Part shown: piece by piece, positions 47,852 to 57,438 of the stretch
Position numbering within the stretch: the first letter of the stretch is position 1
Layout: every line of letters starts with the position of its first letter
NCBI RefSeq assembly: GCF_000142905.1
Contig: NW_013657628.1
Location: 1-64,000 of the forward strand
Origin: Thecamonas trahens ATCC 50062
Taxonomy: Eukaryota > Protista > Apusomonadida
DNA length: 64,000 nucleotides
Direction of reading: 5' to 3'
Program-made: the position numbers and the translations under genes
Notes under the pieces: model-generated
Seen by the model: the letters and a program-made list of their open reading frames with translations, nothing else
Database searches by the model: none
What the model was told of the DNA's origin: nothing

Positions 47852-48974
47852 GCGCGTGCGGAGTGGTGGCAGCGGCGGTAGACACGGAGGACGGCTCGCA
47901 GGTGGCGGTGAAGAAGATGCGTAATCTGTTCGGTCATCCTATTGACGCCAAGCGTGCGTTGCGTGAGCTCAAGATCCACGCGCAGCTCTCACACCCAACG
48001 TGCTCTCTGTCCTCGACATCAACAGGATTGCGCCCGAGGAGGCCGACTCGTTCGAGCAGCTGTATCTGGCGACGGAGAAGATGGACACCGATCTGCATCG
48101 CATCATCCAGTCGCCGCAGGAGCTGACCGACCAGCACTACGCCTTTTTCATGTACCAGCTCCTCTGCGGGCTCAAGTACATCCACTCGGCAGGCGTCATC
48201 CACAGAGACCTCAAGCCTGCGAACCTGCTTGTGGACGCGCAGGCGACGCTCAAGATCTGCGACTTTGGCCTCGCCCGCATCACCCGCGACAACGAGGACG
48301 CCTTTGCACCGCAGATGACGGCGTACGTGGTGACGCGCTGGTACCGCGCGCCCGAGGTCATCCTCGACCACACCGCGTACGGGACCAAGGTCGACCTCTG
48401 GGCCGCCGGCCTCATTCTTGCAGAACTGCTTGCCGGCCGGCCCTTCCTTAAGGGCCGCAACGAGATGGACCAGATCAAGCTCATCCTCAACTTTAACGGC
48501 CCGCCCAAGCCCGAGACCGTCGCCCGCATCTCCAACCGCCGCGCCCGCACCTTTGTCGAGAACTACACCTTCCCAGCCGGCTCGCCGCGCCCGCTCGCAG
48601 AGTACTTCCCCAAGGCCTCAGAGTCGGCGCTCGACCTCCTCGGCAAGCTCCTCGCCTTTGACCCGCGCGATCGCATCTCGGCCGCCGAAGCCCTCGAGCA
48701 CCCGTTCCTTGCCGAGTACCGCGACGCCGAGTTTGAGACTGAGGCCGAGTCGACCTTTACCGAGTTTGACTTTGAGCGCGCTCCACTCACAATCCCCACC
48801 ATCCGCCGACTCATCTACAACGAGATGCTGCGGTTCCATCCCGATCTTGGCGAGTACGATGCCACCGGCGACCTACCGCTGACCGACGACGAGCGCGCCG
48901 CCGTCGCCGCCATGGACGCCGGCGATAGCGCCGCTGATCTGGAGGCCATGCTTGAGAGCGATGGCGACGAGTAA
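47852..48974 (+). CDS. Mitogen-activated protein kinase (TAY activation motif); 5' exon not seen, one apparent frameshift
   Basis: Acceptor TAG ending 47851, branch TACTCAC at 47808. GACGVV, VAVKK, DAKRALRE. One base is missing at 47994-47998 (restores HPNVL). HRDLKPANLLV, DFGLAR, MTAYVVTRWYRAPE. Confidence 0.92.
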
Positions 48975-49674
48975 AGTCGATGCCATGCCCGGCGTGCCGT
49001 GATTGCAATGCGACGGAGGGAGAGATGAGTGCCGAGCAGCGATCACAGATACTTTGCCGGCAGCACCCTTCGCCGCCCCCCTCCCTAGCCATCATCACAA
49101 GAAAGTGAGCTTGATGACCATCGATTTTGGCAACTGCCGACATGTGTGCGTGTGGGTGTCTGCATGTGCATGATGACCGGCAGATTGCACAGTGGATTGG
49201 AGACGGTAGGCCAACGCGCGCTTGTGATGTACGCCGTGGCGAAGTGAGGCGGTTGATGGCGAGTGCGGATGGCGTCAGCAGTTTCGCCACCACTAAATGC
49301 ACCTGTGGGAAGAACAGGGAGGGGGGGGGCGGTGGGGAGGCAGCACACGACTTGAACACGGTACGGGAGGGTGTGCATGCAGGGGATGTAGGCAGGGATG
49401 GGGGGTAGGAGATGGGGGGGGGGGATGGGGNNNNNNNNNNNNNNNNNNNNNNNNNNNNNNNNNNNNNNNNNNNNNNNNNNNNNNNNNNNNNNNNNNNNNN
49501 NNNNNNNNNNNNNNNNNNNNNNNNNNNNNNNNNNNNNNNNNNNNNNNNNNNNNNNNNNNNNNNNNNNNNNNNNNNNNNNNNNNNNNNNNNNNNNNNNNNN
49601 NNNNNNNNNNNNNNNNNNNNNNNNNNNNNNNNNNNNNNNNNNNNNNNNNNNNNNNNNNNNNNTGGGGGGGGGCT

Positions 49675-49952
49675 GATCATGATCGTGATCGTGATCGTGA
49701 TTGTGATTGTGATCGTGTTCGTAGTCGTGATTGTGATTGTGATCGTGATCGTGATCGTGATCGTGATCGTGATCGTGATCGTGATCGTGATCGTGATCGT
49801 GATCGTGATTGTGATCGTGATTGTGATTGTGATCGTGTTCGTAGTCGTGATTGTGATTGTGATCGTGATTGTGATTGTGATCTTGATCGTGATTGTGATC
49901 GTGATTGTGATCGTCATCGGCATCGTCATCGTCATCGTCATCGTGTTCGTGG

Positions 49953-49986
<34 letters not shown>
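49675..49986. repeat. Hexamer microsatellite (GATCGT/GATTGT grading into CATCGT), about 52 units
   Basis: Read directly. It is followed by branch-point TACTCAC (49986-49992) and an acceptor CAG at 50015-50017, so it is probably intronic. Confidence 0.95.
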
Positions 49987-50021
49987 ACTCACCCATCATC
50001 CCTCGGTCCCTCGGCAGATCA

Positions 50022-50489
50022 ATGGCTGCGTCCCCCAAGACCGAGATCGCCACCTTTGGCATGGGCTGATTCTGGAACCCACAGCCGCTGTTCGACGCCA
50101 CGCGCGGCGTTGTGAGCACGGTTGTGGGTTACACCGGCGGCACAACAAAGTCACCGACGTATCGCTCCATGGGTGACCACACCGAGGCCATCCAGATCAC
50201 CTTTGATCCCAACGTCGTCTCCTACGACACCCTTGTCGACATCTTCTTCGACTCGCACGCCTGCTCTCGTCCGGTCGGTAAGAAGCGCCAGTACATCTCC
50301 GCCATCTGGTACGCGTCTGAGGAGCAGAAGGCCGTCGCCGAAGCCAAGAAGGCCGCCATGGGCCCTCAGTGCACGACAGAAGTCGCTCCCGCCGGTCCTT
50401 GGTACGATGCCGAGGAGTACCACCAAAAGTACATCCAGAAGGCCAAGTCCAAGTCCAGGGGCTCCGGCGGCGCTTGCGCCATGTGGTAA
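50022..50489 (+). CDS. msrA: Peptide methionine sulfoxide reductase A, selenocysteine-containing (UGA at 50067)
   Basis: ATG at 50022 reads MAASPKTEIATFGMG-TGA-FWNPQPLFDATRGVVSTVVGYTGG...PTYRSMGDHTEAIQITFDP...QYISAIW...WYDAEEYHQKY. The TGA is in frame at the catalytic Cys of GCFW, and a SECIS lies downstream. Confidence 0.93.
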
Positions 50490-50529
50490 GGCACCGCATT
50501 CGCCCGCGCTCTCCATGCTGCAACGTATC

Positions 50530-50587
50530 ATGACGCCGTCGGCGGGAAACGGCGCGCCTGCAAGCGCACCGTCTGCCGATGGCCGAA
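50530..50587 (+). promoter_or_regulatory. Eukaryotic SECIS element, type II
   Basis: AUGAC (50530-34) and CGAA (50584-87) form the tandem G.A core. An 11-bp stem GCCGUCGGCGG (50535-45) pairs with CUGCCGAUGGC (50573-83). Unpaired AAA at 50547-49, then an apical mini-stem (CGG..GCGC/GCGC..CCG). It begins 41 nt after the msrA stop. Confidence 0.92.
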
Positions 50588-50693
50588 TCCACCCTCACTG
50601 TGCGCTCAGCTTGGGACGCCAGGACGCGCGTGTCCTGTCCTGTCTGCGCGCACAACCCCCGTTGCACGCCCACGCGCGGCTTGTTAAACCAGT

Positions 50694-53068
50694 TTATGCG
50701 CACTTGAACGAGCCGGAGCCGTCCATGACAAACATGAGGTGGATGACGCCGCCGGGCCCGATGGTGCACGACGCGTGGGCGACGGCCAGCGCCGGCGGCG
50801 GGCCGGCAAAGGCCACGGTCACGATCTCGCCCGGCGCGCCGAGCAGGATGGCCGAGAACGTCGTGCCGTCGATGACGTTGACGTCGCGGAACCGGGCCGG
50901 CGACGCCGGGACCCACTTGTCAGCCTCGCCGAGGAAGGTCCACTCGGAACCGGGCAGCGCCGGCGCGAGGTGCCAGAGCGCAAAGTCCCACTCGCCGTTG
51001 GGCTCAAGAAGCAGGCCGTCGGCGCCGACTGCCACCCGCGTTGCTGTCGAGTTCGACTCGTACGCCACCCACCGTGTCGCAACGTCGCCGCTCCCAAGCT
51101 CGGCGGGCGTGATGCGGCACGAGGCGTTGACGTTGGCGGCAAAGACGTGGTGCATGGCCAGGACAGGACCGAGCTCCGAGCTTGTTGCCCAGACCTGACC
51201 GATGCACCCGGCGCCCGGCCAGACCCGGGCGGCAATGGCCGAGTCGACAAGCGTGGCCGGCCGCGACGGCGCGAGGACAATGCCGTCGGTGCGGACGCTC
51301 CGCAGAATAAGCGCCACGTCCGAGTAGCCGATGCGGTCGCCGATGGCGACCGGGCCGGTCGAGAGGGTGGCGACCGCAGCCTGTAGCCGCGGGAACGCCT
51401 CGCGCGCCTTGTACGGGTTGCCCGGCTGCTCAACGGTCGACCAAAAGTTGTCCTTGGACGGCGCGAGGCCGAGCGCATGCGCCAGCAGCGCCGTCGTGCC
51501 CATCGGCTGCCACTGGTGCGCGTCGTTGCGGCCGGGCACCTCGTCGCCCGAGGCGCGGATCTGGTCCACCGCCGCAATCTCAACCGACTGCAGCAGGTGG
51601 CGCGGGTAGGGCATGCAGTACTGGATGCGGATGCCGTGGGCGGCGGCGGCGTTGCCCATCTGCAACAGCCAGTCGCGGGCGAGCGTCGCCGACTGCCGCG
51701 TCGCGTCCATCCCGCGCGTCTGCACATACAGCCAGTCCTGCTCGTAGACGGTGAGCCAGGCCGAGGCGTTGGCCATGAGGTCGTCCCAGAAGACCTGCTC
51801 GAGCGGCAGCGCCATGCCGGAGGTGGCGTCGATGGCAAACGCGTACTGGCCGCCGTTCTGCTGAGCGTACCCGGTCTTCTCCGACCACCAGCGGTTGTGC
51901 GCCGTGATGGGCAGCCCGAGCGCGGCGTTGATCCCGTCCATGCCGTGCGGGAAGACCGACGGCAGCGCCCGCCACTCGAGGACGCCGCCGCCACCAAGCC
52001 CGGTCCGTTGGCCTTGGGATAAAAGTACGAATCAATCTGGATGTTGCGGTAGGGGATGCCTGCGGCTTCGGCGTACTGCTTCACGCCCTCGAGCGTCTCC
52101 TGGTAGTTGGTCCCGGGCTCGGTGTGGTAGTAGTAGTACGCACCGTGATCGGTAATGTACTGCAGCGTAGTGAGCGTCGGATCGGCGCCGGCAGCGTCTT
52201 TGCCAAACATGTCGCGAAGCGCTGCACCCCACGCCGCGGTCGCCGAGGTGACACCAGTCCCGGCCACGGCGATGGTGTTCATGTTGAAGCCGGGCGGGAT
52301 GGCGGTGACCGAACCGAGGACCCCGTATGCCAGGCGGCGCGTGCTGGCGTTAAACGAGGTGGCGCTCGTCATAAAGTTGGACGCGGCCGAGACGAGGCTC
52401 GCCAGCGGCGCGTCGCGGGCAAAGATCGCCAGCGGACCCGAGTCGTCGAGCCCGGACCCGATGCCGGCATGGGTCGACCCGCCAAAGGCGGCGATGACGT
52501 CGTTCTGGAAAAAGTGGTTCTGCCACGAGAGAAAGCCGCGCTCGCCGCGGTAGCTGTCGTCGACGAGGAAGACCGGGTACTCCGAGGCAACACCCTCGGC
52601 AGCACGAGTGACGTTGCTGTCGATGGCCGTCGCGTTGGCCCCGTCCGGGAACATGGTCTCGAACAAGATGATGTGCGGCGAGTCCGTGTACATCTTGACC
52701 GTCGCCACCACAACCACCGGCGAGGACTTGCTCTCGCTGGCGACGTCCTGGGCATGGGCAGCATCGACGGCCATGAGCATGGTGCCGTTCATGATGTAGG
52801 GGCCGATGTCGTCGATGCCCTTGAGGGAGAACGAGTGGCGCGGCATGAGGCTGCCGTCAGCGACCGAGAACCATCTCCCGTTGGCATGGAGTCGCGGAGG
52901 AGCACCCTTCAGCCACAGCGCACCATCCATCCACAGATCGTAGCTGGCAGGCGTAGCGCCCGGGCGGACGGAGAGAGCAGGCGGAGCCGAGGCATGGGCG
53001 GCAGGGCGAGCAGCAGTCAGAGCACAGGCACAGGCGGCGAGGACAGCAAGAAGGGTACACAGATGCAT
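50694..53068 (-). CDS. Secreted glycoside hydrolase-like protein (clan GH-D-like, uncharacterised family); one apparent frameshift
   Basis: Signal peptide MHLCTLLAVLAACACALTAA. Motifs YITDHGAYYYY, IQIDSYFY, VFPHG, AHNRWW, YEQDWL, QYCM, RASGD, PSKDNFWST, LSTGPVAIGD. The two ORF halves join by one added base near 52012. Confidence 0.72.
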
Positions 53069-53239
53069 GGTTGCGTGTGTGTGGGGGGGGTGTGGGGTGT
53101 ATGCCCCTCCTGCCCTGGCCCTGTCGCTGCCTGACGTGCTGCAAGCGGCAGTCCCCTCCCTGTGGCCGGGACATGGCCGCCCTCTAGCCCCACTGATCGC
53201 GACTCTGTCATCCCATGCGCTTGATTGTCCTTCCCGGCT

Positions 53240-53445
53240 CCCTGTCCCCATCCGATCACTCTCCCCTCCCCTCCCCCATCCCTGTCCCCATCCCTGTCCC
53301 CATCCGATCACTCTCCCCCATCCCTGTCCCCATCCCTGTCCCCATCCCTGTCCCGATCACTCCCCCCCTCCCCCCCTCCCTCCCTCCCTCCCCCATCCCT
53401 CCCTCCTCCCCCCATCCCTGTCCCCATCCCTGTCCCGATCACTCC
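53240..53445. repeat. C-rich composite repeat (CCCTGTCCCCAT units interleaved with CCGATCACTC)
   Basis: Multiple copies of both motifs, immediately before an assembly gap. Confidence 0.7.
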
Positions 53446-53759
53446 CCCCTCTCCCCCTCCCCCCATCCCTCCCCTCACTCCATCCGCCCAGGCTGCCTGC
53501 CNNNNNNNNNNNNNNNNNNNNNNNNNNNNNNNNNNNNNNNNNNNNNNNNNNNNNNNNNNNNNNNNNNNNNNNNNNNNNNNNNNNNNNNNNNNNNNNNNNN
53601 NCTTTTCCCCCTTCCCCCCCATTATCTCCCCTTAATTTCCATCCGGCAAGGATGCTTGCGCAGGCCCCCCCGCCCGTCACCTTTTCCCCTTCCCCTCGCC
53701 CCCCCCCCCCCCCCCTCCCCCCTCCCCCTCCGTCCTTCACACTCGACTCGTCCGAGACG

Positions 53760-56450
53760 ATGGCAGTGAGTGTAGCCTGGCCAGGAGGCGGAGGAGATGG
53801 TGAGGAGGACGTAGCTGTTGCTGGAGGTACTGCCTCGCTGGTCTTCTGGGCCGTGGCCGGGAGGTATGCTGCGCCTGTGGCCGGCTACTTCCCGCCGCTG
53901 GAGGAGGCCACGGAGACCATCCAGCTCGATCTGCTGCCGGTTGTCAGATCGTCTGCTGGCGGTGGCGGTGGCGATGACGATGGCGGCGGCGGTGGCGGTG
54001 GCGATGACGATGGTAGCGGCGGTGGTGGTCATGATGACGATGGTGGCGGTCCTGCTACTGATGCTGGTGCACCTCCTCGTCTTCGTCGTTGTCCTGCTGC
54101 GGACACAGATGTGGTGATCGACATCATTCGCGTCCTCAAGGCATGCTCACTCTCTGTCTGCCAAACTCGTGTCGTCACAAACGTCATCGAGGCCAGCTAC
54201 CGCTCGTCCTCGGCATCGAATCCGCGGCCGCACCCACAGTGGCTTGCGTCCACCACCGTCACGTCAAGGCGCTTTGCTCACACCCGCTGGCGATCAGAGT
54301 CGGCTGCCGCCCTGGACTCGCCGGCCTTCAACAGTTGTCGTGGCGAGGATGATGGTTGGGCGCTGATGAAGCCTGAGATTGGACCGGGCGCTGGCCGCCG
54401 CAGGCGCGGGGTGGCCTTTGGCGACAACGCCATTCAACGCGCAGTCTCGGCGTCCGACTCTGACTCGGACGTCTCGGATGGATCGGGAGCAGGTGGCGGG
54501 CGTCGGAGGAGCTTTGCCCCGTGCTCGCGATCTGGCTCCGAGTCCGGTTCCGACATGGCGCGCGAGGATGGCGACAGGTGTGGCGTGGCGCTGGACCTAC
54601 TGAGCGGACCGGTCGACTCGTCGGTGGAGGACGAGCGAGTGCGGAGGAGGCAGGCGCGGCTGGCGGCGCGACGGGCGCGGATGCAGGCGAGCAGACAAGG
54701 TGCTCCGGCCGACGAGCGATCCGAGGCATCAGCTGGTGGTGCTAGCGAAGACACCGGTTCGCAGCGTTGCTCGAGCCCGATCCTCTCTCCGTCGCCGTCG
54801 ACGGTCGAGCTACGGCGTGAGCTACGACGAAAGCGGATGCAGGAGAAGATGGGCCGGTCGACCGACGGGTCGGGCGCCGAGGCGCAACGCCGGGCGCGCC
54901 GCGAGTCGCTGGCGTCATCGACGACGACAGAAGCCGAGTGTGAGGCGCACTCGCAGTTTATGTCACTCTCGACCGAAGTCCGACGGGCACGGCGGGCGAA
55001 GCGAGCAGCGGCAGCAGCAGCAGCAGCACCGGCGGTGGAGGCAACGGCGCCGAGCCCGAGCCGGTCCGAGTCGCGGGCGTCACGAGCCTCGCGGGCGTCC
55101 TCGGTGTCGGACGAGCGCTCCGAACTTAGTTTCACCGAGCTGAGCACACATCCGACTGAGCCTATGGCGCGGCCATTGCGATCGGGCGCAGCCTTTGTGG
55201 GCGTGGCGTCTGTGGGTGTGGCGTCGTCGCCGGTGGCGCCCTCACCGAGTCCAGAGCCGAGAGATGGCAGCCGGAGCAGCAACGACGAGCTGTCCGAGCT
55301 GGCGTCACGACGGGCCGCGCGACAGGCGCAACGAAACGAGCATGCGAATGCGCGACAGCAGCTCGTAGATACGCTCAACGCGCTCGACGACCTGGCAGCC
55401 GAAGCCGAGCCCAACACGGCTTCAAGCGAGTGCTCATCGGGGTGGTTTGACTCAGCCGAGAGCCCGCCGCGGGCGGTCCAGGCTGCAATCCGCCCCGTGC
55501 CTAAAGTGCCAACGATGCGGGCTGCATCGGCCGCGGACACGGCACCAAAGGACGTGGCTGATGCTTCTCTGAACGAGCTTGCTGCGCGCCGTGAAGCGCG
55601 ACTGCGGCGTCGGGCCGAGCTCCGCGCTATGCGAGCTGCGCTGGACGCCGAGGTCGAGTCGGGTGAACAGCCTGAGCCCAGACCCGAGGCTGAGGCCGAA
55701 CCCCAACCTGATCGACTTGCTGCTCGCCGCGAGGAGCGTCGTCGCCGCCGCGAGGCACTGCGCCAAGCGTCGGCTGATCCCGAGCCCACGCCCGATCCTG
55801 AACCTGCGCCCGAGTCCGAGCCCACGCCTGATTCCAAGCCCACGCCCACACCCGATCCCGAGCCCATGCCTTCGCCCTCACCCTCACCCGAACCCCAACC
55901 CGATCGACTTGCTGCTCGCCGCGAGGAGCGTCGTCGCCGCCGCGAGGCACTGCGCCAAGCGTCGGCTGATCCCGAACCCACGCCCGATCCTGAACCTGCG
56001 CCCGAGTCCGAGCCCACGCCTGATTCCAAGCCCACGCCTACACCCTCACCCAAACCCCAACCCGATCGACTCGCCGCTCGCCGCGAGGAGCGCCGCCGCC
56101 GCCGCGAGGCACTGCGCCAAGCGTCGGCTGATCTGGCGTCCTCGCCCGATCCCGGACCCAAGCCCACGCCCACACCCGACCCCGAGCCCATGCCCTCGCC
56201 CTCACCCTCACCCGAACCCCAACCCGATCGACTCGCCGCTCGCCGCGAGGAGCGCCGCCGCCACCGCGAGGCACTGCGCCAAGCATCGGCTGATTCCGAA
56301 CCCACGCCCGATCCCAAACCTGCGCCCGAGTCCGAGCCCACGCCCGAGCCCACGCCGGAGGACGACGACGTCCTAGCCGAGTTTGCCGCCCGCCGCAAGG
56401 CCCGCGCCGCCGCCCGCGCCCGCCGCGCCGCGCTCCTCTCGCAACTCTAA
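53760..56450 (+). CDS. Uncharacterised low-complexity protein with charged-helix/Pro-rich C-terminal tandem repeats
   Basis: Long open frame with typical codon usage that converges on the next gene (19-nt gap). Start at ATG 53760 is inferred; upstream sequence is in a gap. Confidence 0.6.
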   Translation: MAVSVAWPGGGGDGEEDVAVAGGTASLVFWAVAGRYAAPVAGYFPPLEEATETIQLDLLPVVRSSAGGGGGDDDGGGGGGGDDDGSGGGGHDDDGGGPATDAGAPPRLRRCPAADTDVVIDIIRVLKACSLSVCQTRVVTNVIEASYRSSSASNPRPHPQWLASTTVTSRRFAHTRWRSESAAALDSPAFNSCRGEDDGWALMKPEIGPGAGRRRRGVAFGDNAIQRAVSASDSDSDVSDGSGAGGGRRRSFAPCSRSGSESGSDMAREDGDRCGVALDLLSGPVDSSVEDERVRRRQARLAARRARMQASRQGAPADERSEASAGGASEDTGSQRCSSPILSPSPSTVELRRELRRKRMQEKMGRSTDGSGAEAQRRARRESLASSTTTEAECEAHSQFMSLSTEVRRARRAKRAAAAAAAAPAVEATAPSPSRSESRASRASRASSVSDERSELSFTELSTHPTEPMARPLRSGAAFVGVASVGVASSPVAPSPSPEPRDGSRSSNDELSELASRRAARQAQRNEHANARQQLVDTLNALDDLAAEAEPNTASSECSSGWFDSAESPPRAVQAAIRPVPKVPTMRAASAADTAPKDVADASLNELAARREARLRRRAELRAMRAALDAEVESGEQPEPRPEAEAEPQPDRLAARREERRRRREALRQASADPEPTPDPEPAPESEPTPDSKPTPTPDPEPMPSPSPSPEPQPDRLAARREERRRRREALRQASADPEPTPDPEPAPESEPTPDSKPTPTPSPKPQPDRLAARREERRRRREALRQASADLASSPDPGPKPTPTPDPEPMPSPSPSPEPQPDRLAARREERRRHREALRQASADSEPTPDPKPAPESEPTPEPTPEDDDVLAEFAARRKARAAARARRAALLSQL
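55701..56357 (+). repeat. Coding tandem repeat, 4 units (periods 192, 162, 162 bp)
   Basis: Units start at 55701, 55893, 56055 and 56217. Each encodes PQPDRLAARREERRRRREALRQASAD plus a PEPTP-type linker. Confidence 0.9.
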
Positions 56451-56469
56451 GGCCGCACAACCCTTTACC

Positions 56470-57438
56470 TCACGCCCCCTGCCGCTTGTCGCTTTGCACA
56501 ACCTTGGCCGCCGCCTGCTGCTCGCGGTACTTGATCGAGGTGTACCACACCACGCCGCCGACCGCGCCGAGCATGCCGGTCGCGAGCGTGCCCGAGACCG
56601 GCGAGTTGAGGAAGAGGACGCCGAAAATGAGGATGAGGATAAGCTTAAAGTGGCCGACCACGTGATACGTGAGCGGTGAGGTGTAGAAGATTAGCTGCGA
56701 TGACGAGATGTTGAGTGACGCCGCCATCAAGCACGTGAGCACCATAAACGCCACCCGCGACGAGCCGGCCACCTCGGGATCAAGGTCCGCCTGTAGCAGG
56801 CCCAGCATCTGCCCAACAGGATCGCGCTCGACAAGCATCGATGCCGCAATAAAGCACATAGCCGTCCACGGGAACATGTGAAAGTTGAGCTGGTACGTCG
56901 TGAGCCCGAGCTCGGTCGGCTTGGACTTTGACCACAGCGAATGCGTCGCCGAAGCCAGAATGGCCACGCACGAGCACCCCACCCCGGTCATGGTCACCGT
57001 CACATCCGCCGTCGTCACAAACGCCACGCACACGCAGATGACCCCAAGGGCAGCCTGTGTGTCAAGGCCTACGCTCTTGCGGAAGAACACATACTGCATC
57101 GCCGCAGTCACAGGCGTCACCAGGAGCTTGGAGAGCTGATACGTGCCGACCGAGTTGAGCTTGAGCGAGAGATTGAAAAAGGCGACGGTGAAGAAGAACG
57201 AGGCCACCACCCGCGCAATCTGCAGTCCAGGCATCGGCTTGTAGCTCTCATACCCGAGCTTGATTAGCGCGTACACCGCAATCCACGAGGCAATGAGGTG
57301 CATGCCCGTAAGGAACAGGATGCATTCAAGTCGAATAAAGTCGAGCAGCCACTTGTTGATGAGAATGAGGCCGACCGACGACGCCACGTTCCATGAGACA
57401 TACCCAACAGAGACCAAGCTGGAAGTCATCTGTGCCAT
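56470..57438 (-). CDS. Nucleotide-sugar/triose-phosphate transporter family (SLC35E3-like)
   Basis: WNVASSVGLILINKWL, FFNLSLKLNSVGTYQLSKLLVTP, TSPLTYHVVGHFK; about 10 TM segments. Confidence 0.9.
   Translation of the reverse strand: MAQMTSSLVSVGYVSWNVASSVGLILINKWLLDFIRLECILFLTGMHLIASWIAVYALIKLGYESYKPMPGLQIARVVASFFFTVAFFNLSLKLNSVGTYQLSKLLVTPVTAAMQYVFFRKSVGLDTQAALGVICVCVAFVTTADVTVTMTGVGCSCVAILASATHSLWSKSKPTELGLTTYQLNFHMFPWTAMCFIAASMLVERDPVGQMLGLLQADLDPEVAGSSRVAFMVLTCLMAASLNISSSQLIFYTSPLTYHVVGHFKLILILIFGVLFLNSPVSGTLATGMLGAVGGVVWYTSIKYREQQAAAKVVQSDKRQGA

Noticed and set aside
48811-50176. Long ORFs encoding (IT)n, (DH)n, (IV)n, (DR)n
   Set aside because: They are stop-free frames of the GATCGT hexamer array running into an N gap.
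50112-50489. ORF-track MsrA starting at GTG 50112, or an msrA pseudogene with a premature stop
   Set aside because: That product lacks the catalytic motif. The upstream in-frame TGA aligns with the catalytic Cys and a SECIS is present, so recoding explains it better.
53067-53759. N-terminal 230 aa of the 1127-aa ORF
   Set aside because: It crosses a C-rich repeat and an N gap, so the frame continuity is artificial.
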